A DNA stretch of 64,000 bases from a virus. Each line of letters opens with the position of its first letter. The first letter of the stretch is position 1. Below are positions 27,595 to 34,706 of the stretch, in pieces. A program made the translations under genes and the position numbers. The DNA is taken from IMG/VR virus record IMGVR_UViG_3300044820_000144, positions 51,592 through 115,591 of that record; one strand, 5' to 3'. Under the pieces are notes generated by a model. It had not been told where the DNA came from, searched no databases, and worked only from the letters and a program-made list of their open reading frames with translations.

Positions 27595-27789
27595 CTAGTC
27601 CGACGACGCGTCCGGGTCCACCCCGGCCATGCGGGTCAGCAGCTGCGACATGGCCAGCTGCTGGGCCAACACCTCGCGCAGCAGCCGCTCGTGCTCGGCC
27701 AGGGCCCGGTCGTGCCGGTCCAGGTGCTGACTTAGCTGGGTCAGCGCGTCGCTGTTGGCGCGAACCAGGCGCATCAGCTCGGGGTCCAT
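27595..27789 (-). CDS. Small coiled-coil protein, antisense moron (64 aa)
   Basis: MDPELMRLVRANSDALTQL...; TAGGCT 7 nt upstream of ATG; own terminator. Confidence 0.7.
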   Translation of the reverse strand: MDPELMRLVRANSDALTQLSQHLDRHDRALAEHERLLREVLAQQLAMSQLLTRMAGVDPDASSD

Positions 27790-27801
27790 GCCCGTCAGCC
27801 T

Positions 27802-27819
27802 ACGACCCGATCGGGTCGT
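27802..27819. promoter_or_regulatory. 18-bp perfect palindrome, candidate operator
   Basis: ACGACCCGATCGGGTCGT; the 12-bp core recurs at 52663-52674. Confidence 0.5.
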
Positions 27820-27846
27820 CTGCGTTTCCCTGGGCGGGCCGACGAC

Positions 27847-28989
27847 GTGCAGCCCATGGACTTGGACCAGGACCTCATCCCAGCCGAACCGCGCGCACCC
27901 GGCCGCCCGCAGATCCACCTCGTCGCCCTCCCTCACACCATGATCACCAGAGAGTACGACTGGTGTGCCTACACCGCGAAGCTGCGCCGCTTCACCGCCA
28001 TGCTCGTTGCCCGCGGGTACACCCCGGTCGTCTACGGGCCCGACGAGCACGAGTGCGCCGAGGGCACCGTCTACGAGCCGATCGTCGGGCCCGAGGACCG
28101 GATGAAGTGGTTCGGTGCCCCGCAGTGGGACTCGACGCGGGTCTTCGACCAGTGGGACGGCGACGCCCCGCACTGGCGGGAGATGAACATGCGCGCCGCG
28201 GTCGCCATCGCCACCCACTGGCAGGCAGGGGACATCCTCGGCCTCATCGCCGGCACCGCACAGCAGCTGGTCGTCCAGGTGCTGCAGGCCGCCGGGCTGA
28301 AGCCGCTGGTCTGGGAGTGGGGCATCGGGTACAGCGGGATCCTGCCCGAGGCCCACCACACCTTCGAGTCCTACGCCTGGGCCCACCACGTCGCCGGCCT
28401 GCGCCACCGGGACGACATCGCCTTCTTCGATTCGGTGATCCCCAACTGCTACGACCCGGCCGACTTCACCCCGTCCATGCAGGATGCGGGCTACCTGCTC
28501 TACATGGGCCGGCCCACGCCCCGGAAGGGCCTCCCGATCATCGCGGAGATCGCCGCCCGGACTGACTTGCCCGTCCTGGTCGCCGGGCAGCCGGGAGCCG
28601 ACATCCCCGGCACGAAGTACGTCGGGCTGGTCACCGGCTCCGAGAAGGCGCAGCTGCTCGCCGGCGCCCGCGCCCTGCTGGCCCCCACCACCTACCTCGA
28701 ACCCTTCGGCGGCGTCGCGGTCGAGGCCATGCTGTCCGGCACCCCCGTCATCGCCACCGACTGGGGCGGGTTCACCGAGACCGTCCACCACGGGGTGTCC
28801 GGGGTCCGCTGCCGCACCCTGGGCGAGTTCATGACCGCCGTGGAGCGCATCGACACCCTGGACCGGCGCGAGGTCCTGCGCCACGCCACCGCCCGGTACA
28901 CCCTGGACGTCGGGGCCCGCATGTACGACACCGTCATCCGGCAGCTGTCCACCCTCCACGGCGACGGCTGGTACACCGTGTCGTCCTAA
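27847..28989 (+). CDS. Glycosyltransferase, GT-B fold (GT4-like)
   Basis: LYMGRPTPRKG and EPFGGVAVEAMLSGTPVIATDWGGFTETV motifs. Confidence 0.92.
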   Translation: MQPMDLDQDLIPAEPRAPGRPQIHLVALPHTMITREYDWCAYTAKLRRFTAMLVARGYTPVVYGPDEHECAEGTVYEPIVGPEDRMKWFGAPQWDSTRVFDQWDGDAPHWREMNMRAAVAIATHWQAGDILGLIAGTAQQLVVQVLQAAGLKPLVWEWGIGYSGILPEAHHTFESYAWAHHVAGLRHRDDIAFFDSVIPNCYDPADFTPSMQDAGYLLYMGRPTPRKGLPIIAEIAARTDLPVLVAGQPGADIPGTKYVGLVTGSEKAQLLAGARALLAPTTYLEPFGGVAVEAMLSGTPVIATDWGGFTETVHHGVSGVRCRTLGEFMTAVERIDTLDRREVLRHATARYTLDVGARMYDTVIRQLSTLHGDGWYTVSS

Positions 28990-28998
28990 GATGCCCGG

Positions 28999-29244
28999 AT
29001 GACCTCGGGCCTCCCTCCCGGCATCCTGGCTCGCATCCCGCTGGACCATGCGGACCTGGAGCTGCACGTCGTGTACGTCGACGACCCCGGGGGCGGCCCG
29101 GGGTTCGTCGAGCTGCGCCACTACGTCGTCAGCCTGGACGAGTACGAGAAGCAGGAGCGCTGGTACATCATCACCGCGCACACCCTGGACCCCCTCACCG
29201 ACGCCCTCCGCGTCGCCCAGGACAGGATGAGATCCGACACCTGA
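28999..29244 (+). CDS. Small hypothetical protein, probably leaderless
   Basis: TAAGAT 6 nt upstream of ATG. Confidence 0.65.
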   Translation: MTSGLPPGILARIPLDHADLELHVVYVDDPGGGPGFVELRHYVVSLDEYEKQERWYIITAHTLDPLTDALRVAQDRMRSDT

Positions 29245-29261
29245 CCTGCCGACGACAGGGC

Positions 29262-29702
29262 ATGGCCGGGACGAACTCCTCCTTCAACGCCAGCGCGTTC
29301 CGCGCCGCGATGCGCTCGGCCATGACCATGGGAACCCCGCCCGTCGCCGCGGACGCCTTGACGTTCTGCTGGAATCCCACCAACGCCACCACGTCGGTGA
29401 AAGACGGCGAAGGCGTCCCCTTCGACCCCGCCGCCCCCGTCGTGCGCACCCCCCGCACCCCGGTCTCCAAGCCGTGCGCCGTGGAATACATCGACGCCGC
29501 CGGAAACCCCACCCCGTTCGGTGCGATCGTCCCCAGCAAGGTGCGCGTCACCCTGCTCGACGAGGACTACACCGTCGTCAAGGACGCCGATTTCGTCGTC
29601 ATCTCCGGCGACCGGTACCTGCGCCACCACGAACCACCATCGGTCGGCCTGTTCTCGGTCGGCGTGCACCAGATCATCTACGCCGCCGAGAACGAGTCGT
29701 GA
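29262..29702 (+). CDS. Putative head-tail joining (stopper) protein
   Basis: Position; beta-rich C-terminus FVVISGDRYLRHHEPP. Confidence 0.6.
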   Translation: MAGTNSSFNASAFRAAMRSAMTMGTPPVAADALTFCWNPTNATTSVKDGEGVPFDPAAPVVRTPRTPVSKPCAVEYIDAAGNPTPFGAIVPSKVRVTLLDEDYTVVKDADFVVISGDRYLRHHEPPSVGLFSVGVHQIIYAAENES

Positions 29703-29709
29703 GGGAATC

Positions 29710-30213
29710 ATGGCCATCCGACACCGCAGCCGACACCTGCGGGCCACCATCAAGAACAAGACCGTCGCCGAACTGACCACCCTCGGGTGGATCGACAAGA
29801 ATCTGGGGCCCATCAACTTCAACGCCGACCCCATCGTCGTCCTGGACTACCAACCCGACGAACGCGGCGAGATCATCACAACGAACACGGTGGCCGTGTC
29901 CATCGGCGACGTCATCAACGACGTCGACGAAGAGATGGGCGCCGGCCTGCGCTCCGCCTGGTACCCCGTCTTCATCGACGTCTACATGGACACCCAAGCG
30001 TTGTCCGACGCCGTCTGCGATGACATCCGCGACATCTTCGACACCCGCGTGTTCCCCCTGGTCAACCAGATCGACCAGACCGACACCGACCAGCAGATCG
30101 AGATCGAAGAAGTGATCGGCCCGGACCGACCCGCAGCCAGCGGAGCCGCCGAACAGTTCAAGCGCTACTGGCGCGTGATGCGCCTGGGCGTGCGCCTCTA
30201 CTACGTCCCCTGA
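29710..30213 (+). CDS. Putative tail terminator
   Basis: Position; VAVSIG...FIDVYMD...VCDDIRDIF pattern; GAGGGA RBS. Confidence 0.6.
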   Translation: MAIRHRSRHLRATIKNKTVAELTTLGWIDKNLGPINFNADPIVVLDYQPDERGEIITTNTVAVSIGDVINDVDEEMGAGLRSAWYPVFIDVYMDTQALSDAVCDDIRDIFDTRVFPLVNQIDQTDTDQQIEIEEVIGPDRPAASGAAEQFKRYWRVMRLGVRLYYVP

Positions 30214-30265
30214 AGATGAACCACCGGAACCACACCACGCACCGACACGAGAGAGAGCGTCCACC

Positions 30266-30427
30266 ATGCTTGCTCTGATCGCGATGATCGTCTTCATTCT
30301 CGGCCTCTGCAAGGTCGACCTCGGCAGCCTCAACATGCTCTACCTGGGCCTCATCTTCCTCGCCGCGCACTTCGCGTTCACCGGGATGTCCTGGTACACG
30401 TGGCCCGGACGCCCCAACAACCTCTGA
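30266..30427 (+). CDS. Small two-TM membrane protein (53 aa), not in ORF track
   Basis: MLALIAMIVFILGLCKVDLGSLNMLYLGLIFLAAHFAFTG... translated by hand. Confidence 0.65.
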   Translation: MLALIAMIVFILGLCKVDLGSLNMLYLGLIFLAAHFAFTGMSWYTWPGRPNNL

Positions 30428-30467
30428 CCAGCACGCCAGCACGACCGCACCACCACCGGATCGGGAC

Positions 30468-30743
30468 ATGGAGGCAAGCGTGAGCGGGGCAGTCATACGA
30501 GTGGTCACCGAGCAGCGGAAACGCTGCCTGGCCAGCATCCTCGGGGCGGCCGAGACCTCCACGTGGTGGCCCCGACTCACCAAGGACGAACAGCTCGCCT
30601 ACCGCCAGCGGGTCATCGACGCACTCGGCGTCTTCTACGACCTGTGCCGCGACGTCATCAAGGTCTCCGACGAGGACGGCCTGCGCAACGACCACGTCGT
30701 CGACCTCATCGAACGCATCCACGTCCAGGTCACCAGGAGGTAG
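30468..30743 (+). CDS. Hypothetical helical protein
   Basis: Clean ORF with phage codon usage. Confidence 0.7.
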   Translation: MEASVSGAVIRVVTEQRKRCLASILGAAETSTWWPRLTKDEQLAYRQRVIDALGVFYDLCRDVIKVSDEDGLRNDHVVDLIERIHVQVTRR

Positions 30744-30745
30744 CC

Positions 30746-31327
30746 GTGGCGTCCCGCGAATGGTCCTTCCGGGTCGACGACACCGGCCTGCGGGACCGGC
30801 TGCGGGACCTGCGGGGCCGATTCCAGCAGGGGTCGGGAGCCATCCGCCGCGCCAACCAGCGCAGCATCGAATGGCTCGGCCAACGGGCCGCGAAGAACCT
30901 GGACGACAAGGTCCACCGCTACAAGGACGCCCGCAACCCCGTCAGCCTCGCCGAGATCGTCGCCAATCCCGACGCCTCCCGAGCCACCACCACCGGGTTC
31001 GACTTCCTCATCGACCAACGCGTCGCGGCCCTGTCCGCCAGGGCAGCCGCCTACTACCGGGTCATCGAGGGCGTCCCCGGACGGGAATGGGGTTCGACGT
31101 ACTGGGTGGGGCGGACCATCCGCCTGCAGTTCTACGGATCCGGAGGTGTCGGGGGACAGGCCGCCCGGCCCGCGTCCTACCGGCGCGGCGGCCGGCAGGT
31201 CACCATCACCAAGGGCGTGCTGGCCTACCACTACGCCGACGAGGCCCGCACCGCGTTCGTCAAGGGCCGCATGTGGTACCGGTTCGCCTACGACGAGCTG
31301 CGCGCCGTCGGGATCCGACGCGGCTAG
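30746..31327 (+). CDS. Putative neck / HK97 gp10-like tail completion protein
   Basis: Basic, Arg-rich, located before major tail; AGGAGG RBS. Confidence 0.55.
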   Translation: MASREWSFRVDDTGLRDRLRDLRGRFQQGSGAIRRANQRSIEWLGQRAAKNLDDKVHRYKDARNPVSLAEIVANPDASRATTTGFDFLIDQRVAALSARAAAYYRVIEGVPGREWGSTYWVGRTIRLQFYGSGGVGGQAARPASYRRGGRQVTITKGVLAYHYADEARTAFVKGRMWYRFAYDELRAVGIRRG

Positions 31328-31725
31328 AGGCCCTTCGGGGAATCCGGGGCCCGCATCGACGCCGACAACACCTCGGCCAGCACGTCGTCGATGCGGATCA
31401 ACCCGCCGCCCGCCCGGTACACCGCGGCCATGATGTCCCCGAAAGCCCAGCTCTCGGTGATGAACTCCCGGCCCTCGGGATGGATCAACAGCAGCTGGTC
31501 GCGTCCAGATTTCGCGTGATACGCCCACCCGCGGGGCATCAACTCCAGGGTGCGGACCTGAATGCCGCACACCTGCGTGGACTCCCGGTACCGCTCCCAC
31601 CCCGACCGTTGCACCGCGGCATCCGCCAGCAGTCGAGCCGCCGGGATCAGCCCCGCGGCGACCGCCTCGCCGGTCAACAGCCACGCATCCCGCATCGGGA
31701 TGGTCAACGGCCGATGGCGTGGCAT
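31324..31725 (-). CDS. Hypothetical protein, antisense moron
   Basis: TACGGT 6 nt upstream of ATG 31725; converges on 30746 gene with 4-nt stop overlap. Confidence 0.55.
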   Translation of the reverse strand: MPRHRPLTIPMRDAWLLTGEAVAAGLIPAARLLADAAVQRSGWERYRESTQVCGIQVRTLELMPRGWAYHAKSGRDQLLLIHPEGREFITESWAFGDIMAAVYRAGGGLIRIDDVLAEVLSASMRAPDSPKGL

Positions 31726-31918
31726 CGGCCCACCGTAGACCGCCCGGCCGACCCTCCACCCCGGCCATACGGGGGAGTCACCCGGATGGTCCATTCCTTC
31801 GTTCCAGGCAGAACCCCGCCGAGATCTGGTCAGAAGCCGCCGGCCGCGCGTGAGCCTTCCAGTGCTTGCGGCTCTCGCGGTAACGCGCTGTCGAGCAGCA
31901 GAAAGGCGAGAAGGACAC

Positions 31919-33484
31919 ATGGCGATCAAGGCCGGCCAGCTCATCCATGTCGCGAACCAGATCCTGGTCGACCGTGCGCAGACCGCCGGTCCCGGGACTG
32001 TCAACCTCAACAGGCAGAAGGTCTACGAACTCGGCAACTACCTCGCCGTCGGTTCGGTCACGGACATCCCGGATCTGTCGTTCTCGCTGGAGTCGTTCGA
32101 CGCCTCCGCGGAGCTGGAGGCGACCCTCACCGGGAACGTCTTCAACGCCACCAACGGCGTCCAGACCCTCACCATCACCGGCTCGCCCACGGGCGGGACC
32201 TACGACGTCACGTTCGCCGGGCAGACCACCGCCACCGGCATCGCCCCGAACGCGACGGCCGCCGCGGTGCAGACCGCGCTGCGGGCCCTGTCCAGCGTCC
32301 CCAGCGGCACCCTGTCGGTCTCCGGTGCGGCCGGCGGCCCCTACACGGTGACCTTCTCCGGCTCCCTGGTCAGCTCGGGCACCGTCGCGCTGCTCACCAC
32401 CGACGCCAGCGGTCTGACCGGCGGGTCCAGCCCGGCCGTCACCGTGGTCGGCTCGGACGGCATCGCGATGGCCGACGGCTTCGCGATGCACCTCAACCAG
32501 AGCCTGCCGCTGGACGTGGCCAGCCAGTTCAAGACCGGCCAGACCGCCTCGGCGCCGTTCGACACCCTCGGCGGCGTCGCGATCCCCTACCTGGCGCTGG
32601 AGTCCCTCTCCTACCGGTACGGCATCACCAACAACGCCGCGCAGACGGCCACGCTCAAGGGCGACGGCCTGTTCTACACCCCGGGCAGCGTCTACATCGA
32701 CGAGTTCGCCGGCACCAACAGCGCCAACCAGGCGATCGCCCTGGCGCACCCGGTGTTCCCGTACAACGGTGACACCGTCGCCGGCACGAAGTACGCCCTG
32801 TCGGTGTCGCTGTCCACGGGGGAGCGGCTGTCGATCGGCGCCGACTACACCGAGGCCGCCACCGGCAGCAACGCCGACGGCACCCGGTCGGTCACCCTCA
32901 CGATCATCGCGGCGGTCCCGACCACCAGCAAGATCAAGGTCACCTACGCCTCGAACGCGGTCAAGACCTACCCGCAGGCCAGCCACGCCCTCGCCACGGT
33001 CACCCGCCCCGCGGCCATCCGCGGCCGGAACATCACCGTCTGCGTCGGCGGCGTCAGCCTCGTCGACCGGTGGACCAGCGTGCAGTCGGTCCAGCTGGAC
33101 TACAAGGTCACCCTGCAGCGCGACGAGGAGTTCGGGAACTCCGCCCTGGTCGGCCAGGACTTCGACGTCCCCGACGTCACCGGCAACATCGGCCTCAAGC
33201 CGCGCGACTACACCGAGCTGTACAAGAAGGTCTGCATCATCGCCGGCGTCCCCGTCAACGAGGTGGCCGGCGCCCTCACCACCGACCCGCTGCCCCTATA
33301 CATCGCCCTGCACAGCCCCGACAGCGGCGCCGTCCTCAAGTCGTTCTACGTCTCCGACGCCCGGTTCAACCTGCCCGGCTTCTCCGGCCGGGTCCAGAAC
33401 AAGCTGGAGGTCCAGTTCGACTGGACGTCCGACACCGGCGACCTGACCGTCTACAAGGGCGCCAAGCCCGGCGCCAACGGCTGA
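31919..33484 (+). CDS. Major tail (tube) protein with inserted Ig-like domains
   Basis: Position before chaperone/TMP; QTLTITGSPTGGTYDVTF..TTA.GIA.NATAAAVQTAL Ig-like insert; followed by terminator. Confidence 0.78.
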   Translation: MAIKAGQLIHVANQILVDRAQTAGPGTVNLNRQKVYELGNYLAVGSVTDIPDLSFSLESFDASAELEATLTGNVFNATNGVQTLTITGSPTGGTYDVTFAGQTTATGIAPNATAAAVQTALRALSSVPSGTLSVSGAAGGPYTVTFSGSLVSSGTVALLTTDASGLTGGSSPAVTVVGSDGIAMADGFAMHLNQSLPLDVASQFKTGQTASAPFDTLGGVAIPYLALESLSYRYGITNNAAQTATLKGDGLFYTPGSVYIDEFAGTNSANQAIALAHPVFPYNGDTVAGTKYALSVSLSTGERLSIGADYTEAATGSNADGTRSVTLTIIAAVPTTSKIKVTYASNAVKTYPQASHALATVTRPAAIRGRNITVCVGGVSLVDRWTSVQSVQLDYKVTLQRDEEFGNSALVGQDFDVPDVTGNIGLKPRDYTELYKKVCIIAGVPVNEVAGALTTDPLPLYIALHSPDSGAVLKSFYVSDARFNLPGFSGRVQNKLEVQFDWTSDTGDLTVYKGAKPGANG

Positions 33485-33507
33485 CCCACGTACCACCCCC
33501 TGCACTC

Positions 33508-33547
33508 GACGTGCCCCCCGGCAGCCCGCCGGGGGGCACGTCAGTTT
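33508..33547 (+). terminator. Intrinsic terminator after major tail gene
   Basis: Perfect 15-bp stem GACGTGCCCCCCGGC/GCCGGGGGGCACGTC then AGTTT. Confidence 0.75.
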
Positions 33548-33620
33548 CCACCCCACCCCCGTCGATCCCACCCCTGGGACAGGCACAGGAACTGGATCAA
33601 AACGACTGGGGACAACCACC

Positions 33621-34508
33621 ATGAGCACGCGGTTTCGCCGACTCACCGACCTGTTCGTCCAGGGCCGCGAAGTACCCCTGCCCGACGGCACCTACCTGTG
33701 GGTCCAGGCCATCAACGCCTACGAGCGCGACGAGTGCCTGTCCGACGCCCAGGTCGCCCGCGCCCGCCTCATCCTGGCGCTCAAGGAGAACGGCAACGAG
33801 CGCATCAAGATTGAGGGCCGTCTCGTCGAGCGTGGCCGCGAAGCCATGGAGCAGGACGTCGTCACCGCACGCGTCGACGACAAGTACTCCGAGATCCTCG
33901 CCGCCCTCGAAGACGACCCCGAGTGGACCGAGCGGCTGGCGATCCTGCGGCGCAGCGACTTCTCCCAGTCCGCCAAGCCCGCCGACCCCGCGGAAATCCT
34001 GCTCGTCGAGAAGATCCTCGCCGAGTGGACCGCCCACCTGAACGAAGCGGTGGAGAACGAGCGGGCCTGGCAGGCCAGCAACTACTCCCGCATGTCCGAC
34101 GAGGAACTGTTGGACGACTACATGGAGTTGTGGCTGGACCGGCGTGGAAGCGACGTCGCCACCGCCGAGTACGCCCTGACCGAACTGTGGTACGCCACCC
34201 GCTACTGCGAAGCCACCGCCAACCCCGACGGGGTCCTGGACCACAACCGGTGCGAAGGCCACCCCGAGCGCGTCTTCGCCACCAAGGCCGACGCCCGAGC
34301 CATTCCCGACGCCCTCCACGCACTCATCACCAAGGAACTCGCCGCGCTGTCCATGGAGGGCCGGGACCCAAAAGGCTCGGACAATCCAACGAGTTCCTCC
34401 GGCTCGTCTCCAACGCCAAGCGAGGCGGAGGGATCGACGCCCTCTACATCCGGCGAGACCCCGCCGCCACCCCCTGGTATCTCACCGGAGCCATCAGTCA
34501 CGCCCTGA
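33621..34508 (+). CDS. Tail assembly chaperone (G-like, 0 frame)
   Basis: Between major tail and TMP; contains slippery site. Confidence 0.8.
   Translation: MSTRFRRLTDLFVQGREVPLPDGTYLWVQAINAYERDECLSDAQVARARLILALKENGNERIKIEGRLVERGREAMEQDVVTARVDDKYSEILAALEDDPEWTERLAILRRSDFSQSAKPADPAEILLVEKILAEWTAHLNEAVENERAWQASNYSRMSDEELLDDYMELWLDRRGSDVATAEYALTELWYATRYCEATANPDGVLDHNRCEGHPERVFATKADARAIPDALHALITKELAALSMEGRDPKGSDNPTSSSGSSPTPSEAEGSTPSTSGETPPPPPGISPEPSVTP
34367..34373 (+). other. Programmed -1 ribosomal frameshift site C CCA AAA
   Basis: XXXYYYZ in correct phase; -1 frame stays open to 34705, 1 nt before the TMP start. Confidence 0.85.
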
Positions 34509-34705
34509 CTGTCCTCGGATGGTTCGAGCTACCCGACGACGATCGACCCCCTGAACGGATCTGGCTGGACGACAAGGCGCTCACCGCCCATTTCGAGGCG
34601 GTCACCGAGCGGTACAGCAGCGACAGCAGCGGATCGGACGGCTGGCAGTCCATACCCACCACCGAGCTGCAGCAGAACGAGCTGACGGCCCAGTTCAGGA
34701 GATGA
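34373..34705 (+). CDS. Tail assembly chaperone GT extension (-1 frame)
   Basis: RLGQSNEFLRLV...WFELPDDDRPPERIWLDD reached via CCCAAAA. Confidence 0.8.
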   Translation, partial: RLGQSNEFLRLVSNAKRGGGIDALYIRRDPAATPWYLTGAISHALTVLGWFELPDDDRPPERIWLDDKALTAHFEAVTERYSSDSSGSDGWQSIPTTELQQNELTAQFRR

Positions 34706-34706
34706 C

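Noticed and set aside
31919-33484. Contractile tail sheath
   Set aside because: No separate tube gene or baseplate wedge (J-like) gene recognised; long TMP with G/GT chaperone fits a non-contractile tail
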